Source: Candidatus Micrarchaeota archaeon
GTDB taxonomy: Archaea > Micrarchaeota > Micrarchaeia > Anstonellales > J096
Length of the DNA stretch: 64,000 bases
Assembly: GCA_015523325.1 (NCBI GenBank)
Contig: WAKO01000003.1
Span: forward strand, 77 to 64,076
Direction: 5' to 3'
The notes beneath the pieces were generated by a model. It made no database searches. It was not told where the DNA came from and was given only the letters and a program-made list of their open reading frames with translations. Positions 45,877-55,513 of the stretch are shown one piece after another (the stretch's first letter is position 1; each line of letters begins with the position of its first letter). Position numbers and translations under genes: made by a program.

Positions 45877-46245
45877 TTATCTCCTCCTTCTTCTGGAGGA
45901 TTTAGATCTCTTTTTACTCCTACTGCTCTTTTTCTTACTCCTACTACTTCTCTTCTTTTTTGAGGAAGCCTTTTTCTTCTTTTTTGAGGAAGATCTTCTT
46001 CTCTTTCTTCTTGCTCCTTTCTTTCCTCCTCTGTTCATTTTTGTTTTATATACATATCCATCACTGCCTACAAAATAAAGGTATCCTTCCTCTTTCTTTA
46101 TTTTTTCACTTCCAACTTTTTTCCTTCTTCCTCTCTTGTTGTGCTTCATTGGTGTTGCCCAGACATAGCCGTCTTTACCTACAAAATAAAGGTATCCAGG
46201 CTCCCTCTTAATTCTTTCCTTGGAAACCTTTACGTGTCTTCCCAT
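45877..46245 (-). CDS. Small protein with duplicated IK(R/K)EPGYLYFVGxDGYV motif and a poly-S/K/R basic tail
   Basis: Two ~33-aa repeats followed by ~55 residues of SK/RR low complexity. RBS AGGTGAA. Confidence 0.5.
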   Translation of the reverse strand: MGRHVKVSKERIKREPGYLYFVGKDGYVWATPMKHNKRGRRKKVGSEKIKKEEGYLYFVGSDGYVYKTKMNRGGKKGARRKRRRSSSKKKKKASSKKKRSSRSKKKSSRSKKRSKSSRRRRR

Positions 46246-46316
46246 TCATTTCACCTCGTATCCTCGTCGTTGTAATTTACTACCACAAACTTTTTAAGCT
46301 TTTCCCTAAATTTAGA

Positions 46317-48635
46317 TTAGTTTTTCCCAAGCTTCTCCTTTAATTCTCTCAAGCTTTTCATTATTACCTTTCTCTCAGCACTATTTATTATGTGCTTTAC
46401 TCTCTCAACCGCATCAGGGTTTACGCTTACACTAGTTATTCCAAACTCAACGAGCTTCTCTGTTAATTCAGGATAAACACTAGGAGCCTGACCACAAATG
46501 CTTACTGTTACTCCTCTTTTATTACACTCTTCAATAACTATCTTCATAGCTTTAAGAACAGCTTCATTCCTTTCATCAAACTCCCTCCCTAGTATTTGAG
46601 AATCCCTATCTATTCCTAAAATCAATTGTGTTAAATCATTGCTTCCAATACTTACTCCATCTATTCCTTCTTCCAAAAACTTGTCTATTAAGAATACTGT
46701 TGAAGGAACTTCCACCATCATCCAAAGCTTGAAATCCTTTGTTCTATAAAGCCCCACTTCTTCCATTATCTTTTTTATGGCTTTTAGCTCTCCAACCCTC
46801 CTAACAAAAGGAATCATTAGCCATAAATTCTTTAGTTTGAACTCCTCTCTTACTTTTCTTATCGCCTTAAGCTCCATCTTAAAAACTTCTGGCTGTCTTA
46901 TGTAGCGAGAAGCCCCTCTAAACCCTATCATAGGATTTTCTTCTTCAGGCTCGTATTTTTCTCCTCCTTCTAAAACTCTATATTCATTTGACTTAAAATC
47001 AGTTGCTCTGTACACAACAGGTCTTGGATAGAAGGCAGCTGCAATAACTCTTAGTTTTTCAGCCAATTGGTTTATGAATTCCTTCTCTTTTTTCTCTTCT
47101 ATAAATTTTAGAGGGTGTTTTTTCATATCTGCTATTATAAATTCTGCCCTAAGCAACCCAACTCCATCCACACTTAACCTAGCCACTTTTTCAGCAAGCT
47201 CTGGTTGAGCTAGATTTACATAAACCTTTGTGCCAGTAGGAGGAAGCATTTCTTGAATAAAGGCTGGATGAGCTTGAGTTTCTTTTTTTGGTTTTGCCAC
47301 GTTCCCTCTATAAACAACCCCTCTTGTTGCATCAACAGTGATTAGTTCTCCTTCTTTAAGTAGTTGTGTTGCTTTTTGAGTTCCAACAATACAAGGAATT
47401 CCTAGTTCTCTACTAACTATTGCTGCATGAGAAGTCATCCCTCCTTCATCCGTAACTATTGCGCTAGCTTTTTTCATTGCAGGAACCATATCAGGGGTTG
47501 TCATTTTAGTTACTAAAACATCTCCTTGCTTAACCTTTCCCAAATCTTTCATATCAAGAACTAGCTTTACTCTCCCTACTCCAATTCCTGGAGAGGCTGG
47601 AAGCCCACTCAATATCTTTTCTCCTTTTCCCTCACTTCCCTCAATTTTTTCGGCTTCCCCTTCCTTTAGCTCTGAAATTGTAGTTATAGGACGGGATTGC
47701 ACAATATAGAGCTTTCCTTTCTCCAAAGCCCACTCAATATCTTGAGGGTAGTTGTAGTGCTTTTCTATTTCTCTCCCTATTCTTGCCAATTCAACAACAT
47801 ATCTATCCTCTAACTTTTGCTTGTTTCTCTCTTCCATTGGGACTTCAACGCTTACATTTTCTCCTTCTTCATCCCTAACAAGCTTAATCTCTTGAGTGCT
47901 TACTTTTTTGTTTATTATTTTTAAGTCTGATTTTCTAACTTTGTAAGTGTCTGGTGTTACTTTTCCTGAAACTATATATTCTCCAAGTCCATAAATTGCT
48001 TCTATAACTAACTCATCCTTGTTTTGAGTAACAGGATCAACGGTAAACATAACTCCTGAAACCTCTGAATTAACCATCTTTTGCACAACAGCTGCTAGAG
48101 CAACTTTTAGATGGTCAAACCCTTTCTCAGCCCTATAAAATATTGCTCTAGGTTCAAATAGAGAAGCCCAAGCTTCCTTTACCTCTTGCAATAACTCTCC
48201 CACTCCCCTAACATTTAGGAATGTCTTTTGTTGACCTGCAAAGCTGGCTTCTGGCAAATCCTCTGCTGTGGCAGAACTCCTAACCGCTACCCATGGCTCT
48301 TCTCCAATCATCTTTGCTAAATCTTTATATGCTGCTATTATTTCTTCCTTAACATCTTCAGGAAAAGTTCCTCCAAGGATTGAGAGCTTAATCATCTCAG
48401 AGGCTTTATTCAATTCTTCAACATTTGAGGTATCCAATCCATCTAAAAATTCTTTTATACGTGGAACTAGGTTGTTGTATTCTAAATGTCTGTAGTATGC
48501 TTTTGATGTTACAACAAAACCAGGAGGTACAGGAAACCCAGCATTCCTCATCTCTCCTAAGTTTGCTCCCTTTCCCCCAGCAATTGAGACATCCTTCTTA
48601 CTTAATTCTTCAAACCATTTTATGTACTTATACAC
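46317..48635 (-). CDS. ppsA: Phosphoenolpyruvate synthase (pyruvate, water dikinase)
   Basis: PEP-utilizing enzyme mobile domain GGMTSHAAIVSRELGIPCIVG. N-terminal ATP-grasp. 772 aa. Confidence 0.9.
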   Translation of the reverse strand: MYKYIKWFEELSKKDVSIAGGKGANLGEMRNAGFPVPPGFVVTSKAYYRHLEYNNLVPRIKEFLDGLDTSNVEELNKASEMIKLSILGGTFPEDVKEEIIAAYKDLAKMIGEEPWVAVRSSATAEDLPEASFAGQQKTFLNVRGVGELLQEVKEAWASLFEPRAIFYRAEKGFDHLKVALAAVVQKMVNSEVSGVMFTVDPVTQNKDELVIEAIYGLGEYIVSGKVTPDTYKVRKSDLKIINKKVSTQEIKLVRDEEGENVSVEVPMEERNKQKLEDRYVVELARIGREIEKHYNYPQDIEWALEKGKLYIVQSRPITTISELKEGEAEKIEGSEGKGEKILSGLPASPGIGVGRVKLVLDMKDLGKVKQGDVLVTKMTTPDMVPAMKKASAIVTDEGGMTSHAAIVSRELGIPCIVGTQKATQLLKEGELITVDATRGVVYRGNVAKPKKETQAHPAFIQEMLPPTGTKVYVNLAQPELAEKVARLSVDGVGLLRAEFIIADMKKHPLKFIEEKKEKEFINQLAEKLRVIAAAFYPRPVVYRATDFKSNEYRVLEGGEKYEPEEENPMIGFRGASRYIRQPEVFKMELKAIRKVREEFKLKNLWLMIPFVRRVGELKAIKKIMEEVGLYRTKDFKLWMMVEVPSTVFLIDKFLEEGIDGVSIGSNDLTQLILGIDRDSQILGREFDERNEAVLKAMKIVIEECNKRGVTVSICGQAPSVYPELTEKLVEFGITSVSVNPDAVERVKHIINSAERKVIMKSLRELKEKLGKN

Positions 48636-48772
48636 GATACCACCTAAAACATATTAGATTGCCTTAATTTAAAATATTTCTAATTTAATTCACATTTCTT
48701 TATCTCTTTTTAGTAAAAATACAAAAAATTTTTTATCATGTTTTAAAAAACGATCCAAAAATAAGAAGGCTT

Positions 48773-49525
48773 ATGGAATTAAAAGGAAGGGCTGGGGAGC
48801 ATTTTAAGAACATCTTTGCAATTTCACTTGGGGTCTTTTCTTTAATCCTCTCTTTATCTAACTCAATAGTTGGATTTAATACTGGGTTTGGAATGATAGT
48901 AGATATCTCTACTGTTCCAATATTTTTTGCTCTATTCTACCTCTCTTATAAACATGCTATAAAGTCTTTGGTTGTATTTAGCTTTCTCCTCTTATTTTTT
49001 TCTGAAAGTGGGTTTATAGGAGCTTTAATGAAGTTTACAGCGACTCTTCCTTTATTAGCTCTTCCTTATTTTGCAACAAACATGGGTTTTGGCAAGGTTG
49101 GAGGAGCCCTTCTATTGATAGTTATATTGCTTTTATCCTTTGCATTACTCAGTAACGTTTATGTAATAAATGAGTTCTTAAGTTCTATTTTACTTTTCAT
49201 TTTATCCATAATGATTGTTCCTATGATAAAGGAGGAGAGCTATTCCTCCTCCTTCTTCAAAATCCTACCCTTAAGTATAATACTAAGAGGAGTGGTTATG
49301 ATAGTTGCAAACATTTACTTTGCTGGCCCCCTCTTCTTTAAAATGAGTAGTGAAGAGCTTTTTTCTTTTTTTGATAATTTGGAGTTCCCATTTCTTGGAA
49401 GAATAGGTATTTATGGAATAATATTTTTATGGAATGCTATTCAAAGCATTTTGGAGGTTAGTGTTGCATACTTGCTTTACAAGGCATTTTTAAAGGTTAA
49501 AAATTCTTCACTAAAGGGAGGATAA
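48773..49525 (+). CDS. Polytopic membrane protein, candidate substrate-binding (S) component of an ECF/ABC transporter
   Basis: About 6 TM helices. Sits 2 nt upstream of the ABC ATPase gene. Confidence 0.45.
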   Translation: MELKGRAGEHFKNIFAISLGVFSLILSLSNSIVGFNTGFGMIVDISTVPIFFALFYLSYKHAIKSLVVFSFLLLFFSESGFIGALMKFTATLPLLALPYFATNMGFGKVGGALLLIVILLLSFALLSNVYVINEFLSSILLFILSIMIVPMIKEESYSSSFFKILPLSIILRGVVMIVANIYFAGPLFFKMSSEELFSFFDNLEFPFLGRIGIYGIIFLWNAIQSILEVSVAYLLYKAFLKVKNSSLKGG

Positions 49526-49527
49526 TT

Positions 49528-50202
49528 TTGATCTCTATAAAAAATCTCTCCTTATCTTATGGTAAAAGGAAGGTTTTTGAAAACCTAAACTACTTCTATG
49601 GAAAGGAGAATGGATTAATATGTTTGATAGGCCCTAATGGGATTGGAAAAACATCTTTAATGTATTGTATAGCTGGTTTTATCCCTAATTATATAAAGGC
49701 AAGGCTTGAAGGGGAGATTAGGGTTTTTGGAAAAGAACCTACAAAGCTGAAACAAAAATTCTTTGTTTTTCAGGATGTTGAGGATTCATTTCTCTACCCC
49801 AAGGTTGGAGAAGAGGTAGAAAGTGTTTCAAAGGATAGGGAAAAAACAGTTAAAATTCTAAGGGATTTAGGTTTAGAAGGAAAGACAGAGGAATATATAA
49901 CTTCTCTTTCTTTTGGAGAAAAACACAAATTAGCAATTGCTTTAGCGCTTTTAAGTGACTCAAAGATTGTTTTTTTTGACGAGAGCTTTTCCTCCTTAGA
50001 TAGGGAATCAAAGCTTGAGGCTATAAGAGATATAAAGGAGTTAAGTAAAAAAGCTATTGTAATGCTTACAACCCATGATTTGCAGTTGGTTTATGAGATA
50101 GGAGAGGAAGTAGTAGAAATGAAAACCAATTGCTTGGAGATAATTCCTAAAAATAAGCTGGAGCCTTTTGTTTGTAAAGATAAGAAGTTTTATGAGGTTT
50201 AG
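49528..50202 (+). CDS. ABC transporter ATP-binding protein (short, CbiO/EcfA-like)
   Basis: Walker A GPNGIGKTS. Signature LSFGEKHK. Walker B IVFFDES. TTG start with RBS AGGGAGG. Confidence 0.8.
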   Translation: MISIKNLSLSYGKRKVFENLNYFYGKENGLICLIGPNGIGKTSLMYCIAGFIPNYIKARLEGEIRVFGKEPTKLKQKFFVFQDVEDSFLYPKVGEEVESVSKDREKTVKILRDLGLEGKTEEYITSLSFGEKHKLAIALALLSDSKIVFFDESFSSLDRESKLEAIRDIKELSKKAIVMLTTHDLQLVYEIGEEVVEMKTNCLEIIPKNKLEPFVCKDKKFYEV

Positions 50203-50207
50203 GTTTT

Positions 50208-50732
50208 ATGGAATTAGATCTTGAGCAACAACTTATGGAGCTTTCTAAAAGAGAGGGGTTAAATCCCTCTATAATAGAGAGGGCCTTATTAATTGCAAAA
50301 AAGGCCCATTGTTCTAAAAAAAGAGCTACAGGAGAACCTTTCATTAATCATCCTCTTAGAGTTGCTCTAAGAATTGCTAGTTCTAACATTAAGGAAAAAG
50401 AGCCCTTAATAATAATAGCTTTACTCCATGATGTGTTAGAGGAGGTGGAGGAGAATTACAGAGAACCTCTTGAGAGAGAGATACACGTTACTTTTGGAAA
50501 AGAAATTTTTGAAAGGGTTTTACTCCTGACTAGAGAAGAGGGGGAAGATTATTTTGAGTATTTGGATAGAGTTAAAAAAGACAAGCTTGCAGCAATAGTT
50601 AAGTACTTTGATGTTTTGGATAACTTGCAAAGTTTACCAAGTAATTGGAGTAAGGAGAAGATTGAAAAAAAACTTAAAGAATGGAAAACAGCTTTGAGAG
50701 TACTTGGGGAGTTAAGAGAGGAATTGGAGTAA
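50208..50732 (+). CDS. HD-domain phosphohydrolase (RelA/SpoT-type HD_4 family)
   Basis: H...HD motif (NHPLRVA...LLHDVLEE). Confidence 0.65.
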   Translation: MELDLEQQLMELSKREGLNPSIIERALLIAKKAHCSKKRATGEPFINHPLRVALRIASSNIKEKEPLIIIALLHDVLEEVEENYREPLEREIHVTFGKEIFERVLLLTREEGEDYFEYLDRVKKDKLAAIVKYFDVLDNLQSLPSNWSKEKIEKKLKEWKTALRVLGELREELE

Positions 50733-50789
50733 GTGATTAGCTAAGATTAATGAAAAACCTTTAAAAAATATAGTTTTGAATAATCTTGC

Positions 50790-52016
50790 ATGAAAAATTA
50801 TGATGTTATTGTTGTTGGTGGAGGGCCTGGAGGGAGTAGTACTTCCTTATTTTGTGCAAAAAAAGGTTTGAAGGTTCTACTTATTGATAAAGCAACTTTT
50901 CCAAGAGATAAGGTTTGTGGAGATGGAGTAAGTGGAAAATCTGTTAGGGTGTTGAGGGAATTGGACTTAATTAAAGATATAGAGAGCAATGAGCATGCAA
51001 AGATGAATGGAGTTATTTTTTCTTCTCCAAAAGGAGATGTTTTGGAGGTAGAAGCTCCTAAAAAAGACACAAAAGAGCCAGCAGGTTATGTAGTGAGGAG
51101 GTATGTTCTTGATAACTTAATTTTCCAAAAAGCAAAATCCCACAAAAATGTTGATGTAATGGAAGGAACCCCTGTTATTGATGTTTTAAAAGAGAATGGA
51201 AAGGTTGTAGGAGTTGTTGTAAATAGTAAAGGAAATAAAGAGGAAATAAGAGCAAATGTTGTTGTAGGAGCGGATGGAGCTAGCTCAATAATAGCAACAA
51301 AGGTTGGAGCAGAAAAGATTGAAGAAGAACATCATGTTATTGCAGTAAGAACTTATTATGAAGGAGTAGAGGGAATGAAAGATAAAATAGAGCTTCATTT
51401 TATTGATGAGGTTTTGCCAGGATATTTTTGGATATTTCCATTACCAAATAAGAGGGCTAATGTTGGAGTTGGAATGCTAACAAAAGAGTTAAGGAGAAAA
51501 AAAGTTGATTTAAAGAAAGCTGTTGAAAAAGCAATTAATTCAAAGTTACTTAGGGAGAGATTCAAAAACGCAAAGCCTTTGGGAGAGTTAAAAGGTTGGA
51601 GCCTTCCTTTGGGAAGTAAAAGGAGAAGAGGTTATGGAAATGGCTATTTATTGGTAGGAGATGCAGCTTCTTTAATTGATCCGTTTACAGGAGAAGGAAT
51701 TGGAAATGCTTTGTTGAGTGGAAAATTGGCGAGTATTGTTATTGAAAAAGCCTACTCATTAGGAGATTTTTCTGAAAATGTTTTAAAAGAATATGATGAG
51801 TTGTTGAGAAAGGAGATGGATGAAGAGCTAAAGGTAATGTATAACTTACAACGCTTAGGAAGGTTTAAGTTCTTGTTAAATCTTGCAATAGATAAGGCTA
51901 GGAGAAATAGCGAGTTAAGAAGGATTATCTCTTCTACTTTGGTTCAAGAAACTTCAATGCAATATAAGAAGAAGCTTGCAAACCCTCTCTTCTGGCTAAA
52001 GGTTTTGATAAGTTAA
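50790..52016 (+). CDS. Geranylgeranyl reductase family (FAD-dependent digeranylgeranylglycerophospholipid reductase-like)
   Basis: FAD-binding YDVIVVGGGPGGS. Conserved CGD. LVGDAA. Confidence 0.8.
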   Translation: MKNYDVIVVGGGPGGSSTSLFCAKKGLKVLLIDKATFPRDKVCGDGVSGKSVRVLRELDLIKDIESNEHAKMNGVIFSSPKGDVLEVEAPKKDTKEPAGYVVRRYVLDNLIFQKAKSHKNVDVMEGTPVIDVLKENGKVVGVVVNSKGNKEEIRANVVVGADGASSIIATKVGAEKIEEEHHVIAVRTYYEGVEGMKDKIELHFIDEVLPGYFWIFPLPNKRANVGVGMLTKELRRKKVDLKKAVEKAINSKLLRERFKNAKPLGELKGWSLPLGSKRRRGYGNGYLLVGDAASLIDPFTGEGIGNALLSGKLASIVIEKAYSLGDFSENVLKEYDELLRKEMDEELKVMYNLQRLGRFKFLLNLAIDKARRNSELRRIISSTLVQETSMQYKKKLANPLFWLKVLIS

Positions 52017-52852
52017 TTTCTACTGTTTTTTCTTTTTACAAAAAATCCTAATAGCTTTTCATCCCATTCATAAACCAACCCCTTTTCATTAAAGAATTTC
52101 TCCATTATTTCTTTTGCTATTCTGCCAGTATAAAAGTAAAGCTTTCCTTCCTTTTTTAATGATTTGAGGAGAAATGCTAAAAATTTTCTTGAGTAAAAGT
52201 GCCTACTCTCTTTATATCTAAAGGATGGAGGATCACAAACAATATAATCAAATTCTTCCTTATTTTTAGAGAGAATTTCCCAACAATCCCCTTCTTTTAA
52301 TTCAATCTTTTTATTTGCAAAGAACTCTTTGCTATAAGGGTTTATTTTGGCTAATTCAATTACAGCTTTGTTTTTTTCAATTGCAACAACCCTCTCAACC
52401 TCTTTTCTTTTAGTTAGCTCTATGCTTATATAACCAAGCCCTGCAAAACAATCCAAAACTTTTCCTTTAGGAGTTAATTTCCTCACCACTCTGTTTGCAT
52501 AAGCTAGAGGAGAAATGCTAATTAAATGCATCCTAAACCCATCAATAACTAGATAAGGAACTCCATCTTTACCTATTTCTAGCTTGTAAAAATGCTTGTC
52601 AAATATAGCCAATTTATAGAGCTCTTGTTCCTTTTTATTCCAACAATATATGAAGTTCCCTTTCACTTTTTCTAGAGGAATTTCCTCAATTTCCTCTATT
52701 AAGAATTTCCTCCTACTTTTTCCCAAATCTGGGGAGAATTCAATTTCCCTAACTTCCTTTTCTTTCTTCCTTTCTCTCTTAATTTTTTCAAGCTCCTCCT
52801 TCAACCCTTTTGCTATTTTTTCAGTTAGGAAAATGCACTCGTCTTCATTCAT
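52013..52852 (-). CDS. Class I SAM-dependent methyltransferase (likely RNA methyltransferase)
   Basis: Motif I VLDCFAGLGYISIE. Motif IV IVCDPPSF. Confidence 0.6.
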   Translation of the reverse strand: MNEDECIFLTEKIAKGLKEELEKIKRERKKEKEVREIEFSPDLGKSRRKFLIEEIEEIPLEKVKGNFIYCWNKKEQELYKLAIFDKHFYKLEIGKDGVPYLVIDGFRMHLISISPLAYANRVVRKLTPKGKVLDCFAGLGYISIELTKRKEVERVVAIEKNKAVIELAKINPYSKEFFANKKIELKEGDCWEILSKNKEEFDYIVCDPPSFRYKESRHFYSRKFLAFLLKSLKKEGKLYFYTGRIAKEIMEKFFNEKGLVYEWDEKLLGFFVKRKNSRN

Positions 52853-53621
52853 TCTTTTTCCTCTTTTTCATTATTTTTAGGAGTTCTTTGTGAATACCAC
52901 TTCCATATTGGAGTGCTTGTTTCCTCCTATTTATTGCTTTTTCAGGAACTCCTAAAATTTTTGCTGCTTCTCTAAGCAAAAACTTCTTCTTTTCTTTATC
53001 TTTAAACCTAAGCTCTAAAGGAGAGGAAAACGCTATTCCCTCCAAAGCGCAAAAAGGGAAGAGAGGCTTTTTTCCAAAATGCTTTGCAAGTTCTTTTATA
53101 AAATAAATGTCTCCACAGCATATTAAATTTTTGTACTCCTCCTTAAGCATTTCCTCTATCTTTTCTTTTGGCTCTTTTTCCCACCATTCATAATACCTCT
53201 CATAACCTACAAAGAGCTCTTCACTTCCACTACCAAATAGGATTATTTCTTCCTTTGCAACCTCAAATATTTTGGCTATAGGAGCTAAAATCTCGCTTTT
53301 TAAAAATCCCAACGAAAATTTCTCCTCTACAAAGTTATAAAGTCTTAACGCCTCTTCCCTATCAAGGAAATAAATGTTTAATTCTAAATCTAACTCTCTT
53401 GCAATTTCTATTGAGTAAAGAACATCTTTACTCTCAGGAAACCCAACAGTGTAGAGAGAAACCTTACAGTATTTCTTTGCTAATTTGGCTAGAGTTGTGC
53501 TATCCACACCTCCAGAAAAAGCTATTCCAACTTCCTTTCCTTCTAGCTTTTTCAGTTCCTCCTCTAGCTTAGTAGCTATTTTTTTAGAAATGCTTTCTAT
53601 TTTTGACTCCATAAACCCCAA
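52845..53621 (-). CDS. PP-loop ATP pyrophosphatase superfamily protein (NadE / asparagine-synthase-C-like)
   Basis: PP-loop SGGVDS. Confidence 0.6.
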   Translation of the reverse strand: MGFMESKIESISKKIATKLEEELKKLEGKEVGIAFSGGVDSTTLAKLAKKYCKVSLYTVGFPESKDVLYSIEIARELDLELNIYFLDREEALRLYNFVEEKFSLGFLKSEILAPIAKIFEVAKEEIILFGSGSEELFVGYERYYEWWEKEPKEKIEEMLKEEYKNLICCGDIYFIKELAKHFGKKPLFPFCALEGIAFSSPLELRFKDKEKKKFLLREAAKILGVPEKAINRRKQALQYGSGIHKELLKIMKKRKKNE

Positions 53622-53664
53622 AAAGTAAGGAAAAGTTTATATTTCTAAACTTCCACTAAAATTT

Positions 53665-54483
53665 GTGGATAAAGATAGTGCTTTAAGGGAGATTTCAGAT
53701 TATGCAGAGTTTATAATAAAAATTGAAGGTGTTAAGAGCTCTATAGATGCCTTAACCCTAGCCAAAAAAAGGCTTTTTGCGTTAAAGATACTTAAGAACG
53801 TTGATAGCCCTACAAAAAAAGAGTTGATCTCACTTAAAAAGATAGCTGGTTTTTTTGGAGCAATTCCATTCATAATTGGAGAGCAATCAAACAATGGAAG
53901 GCTTAAGGATTATGTCTTGTTTGAGAGGCTTTCTATATTAGTTGGAACTCTAAACACTTTTATTGAATACATGAGAGGAGAGAGCCTACCTATCAAAAAA
54001 CCTCAAGAATTTTATAGCATTGATGGAAAGAGGATGAAGGAGCTTAGAGAAAAAAAGAAACTAAGCCTAAGAGAACTTTCCTTAATAACAGGAATTTCAA
54101 AAGAAACTCTTTATAGATATGAAAATGAGACAATTCTCATAGGAGTTGAGAATTTAAGGAAGCTTGAGAAAGCACTTAATACAACTCTAAGAAAACAAAT
54201 AACTCCAAAGGTTGAGATTAATGAATGGATCTCTTCAGCCAACCCCTTCAGCTATTTGATAAATTTAAGAAAGAAATACTTGATAGGAAAACAAATGTCT
54301 ACCTCTAGTATAACTAAAAGATATATTCTTATATTCGAAGAAATAAGTGAGAAGCTGGAAGTTCCTTACTTTATTCTCTCTAAGAGAAAATCCCACTATC
54401 CTTTCCTTTTAATGTCTGAGTTTTACTCTAAAAAATCAAAAAAGGAAGAGCTACTTGAGTTTTTGGAGAACAGCTCTACTTAA
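53665..54483 (+). CDS. XRE-family HTH domain protein with N-terminal uncharacterised domain
   Basis: HTH segment KKLSLRELSLITGISKETLYRYENE. Confidence 0.45.
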   Translation: MDKDSALREISDYAEFIIKIEGVKSSIDALTLAKKRLFALKILKNVDSPTKKELISLKKIAGFFGAIPFIIGEQSNNGRLKDYVLFERLSILVGTLNTFIEYMRGESLPIKKPQEFYSIDGKRMKELREKKKLSLRELSLITGISKETLYRYENETILIGVENLRKLEKALNTTLRKQITPKVEINEWISSANPFSYLINLRKKYLIGKQMSTSSITKRYILIFEEISEKLEVPYFILSKRKSHYPFLLMSEFYSKKSKKEELLEFLENSST

Positions 54484-55456
54484 CTACTGCATTTCTTAGC
54501 TCTTCTAATTTTTGTTTTATGTTTAATATGGTTTCTTTGTAAATACACTCCAAAGAGCTATGCAAGTACTTTAGAGGATAACCCATCGCTATAGCTTTTC
54601 TCCCCAACCTATAGAGAGTAGTAGCATCTGTAACCTCCCACCTGCTAGATGTTTTTATCTCCTTACAACCAATCTCTCTTAGAAGTTCAATTAGTTCTTT
54701 TGGAGCTATATTTCCTAACCCTTTTCCCTCTACTCCAGCAAATCCTATCTCTCCTTTTCCTAAAGCATTAACAATTCCTTTATAGTGTTCATCCTCTTTA
54801 GAAGGAAAAGAATCTAATATTATGTAGAGAGGGTTTTCAACTTTTTCTTCTATAAATTCTAAGCTTTCTAAAAACCTAGTAGTTCCTTGCTCTTCTCCAT
54901 GAGAAAGGATGAATGAGAACCCTAGCTCTTTAGCCAATAGAAGAATGCTAACAACTCCAGCCCTATCATCTAAGGATTTTGTGAAAATTCTGTCTTTAAA
55001 CTCAATTAGTTTATTTTCAAAGGTAAAAGGATAAAGAGGAGGCAAATCGATTTCTTCTTCTAGTTCTAAGAAAAGCCTGTTCTCTTCTGAGGAGGAATGA
55101 GGGAGGGGAGAGCTTCCTATGGCTTTTATTATTCTTCCCTTAAAGTGTGTTTGAAAGACCTTCCCATACCCTCTTTCCCAACTCATCAATCCAAATGGAA
55201 TAGTTCTATAAAGATTTTTAGCATATTGGTTATCAACAACAAATCCAACCTCATCATAATGAGAAATTAAAACCAAGTTTGAGAGCTCTCCTTCTGAAAT
55301 GTTTAGGATGTTTAACCCTATTCTCTTAGCTTTTTTGTAGTTCCTCCTCGCTATTTTTAAAAGCTCATCCACAAAAAGATGTTCAAAACCAGTAACCAAG
55401 GGATAATTCCCAATCTCTATTAATAGTTTTTTAAAACTCTCCAAGTAGTTGTTCAT
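54476..55456 (-). CDS. M42/FrvX-like aminopeptidase family protein
   Basis: Motifs SLDDRAG and SHGEEQG are reminiscent of M42 peptidases. Confidence 0.45.
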   Translation of the reverse strand: MNNYLESFKKLLIEIGNYPLVTGFEHLFVDELLKIARRNYKKAKRIGLNILNISEGELSNLVLISHYDEVGFVVDNQYAKNLYRTIPFGLMSWERGYGKVFQTHFKGRIIKAIGSSPLPHSSSEENRLFLELEEEIDLPPLYPFTFENKLIEFKDRIFTKSLDDRAGVVSILLLAKELGFSFILSHGEEQGTTRFLESLEFIEEKVENPLYIILDSFPSKEDEHYKGIVNALGKGEIGFAGVEGKGLGNIAPKELIELLREIGCKEIKTSSRWEVTDATTLYRLGRKAIAMGYPLKYLHSSLECIYKETILNIKQKLEELRNAVVK

Positions 55457-55513
55457 AAGCTAATTTAGAAAAGAAAAAATAAAATCCTTACTAAAGCTTT
55501 TCCTTTCCTTTTC

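Noticed and set aside
45872-46211. Plus-strand ORFs 45872-46078 and 45960-46211 with poly-Leu/Phe products
   Set aside because: Antisense translation of the poly-S/K/R tail coding region (CTTCTT simple sequence). Products are homopolymeric nonsense.
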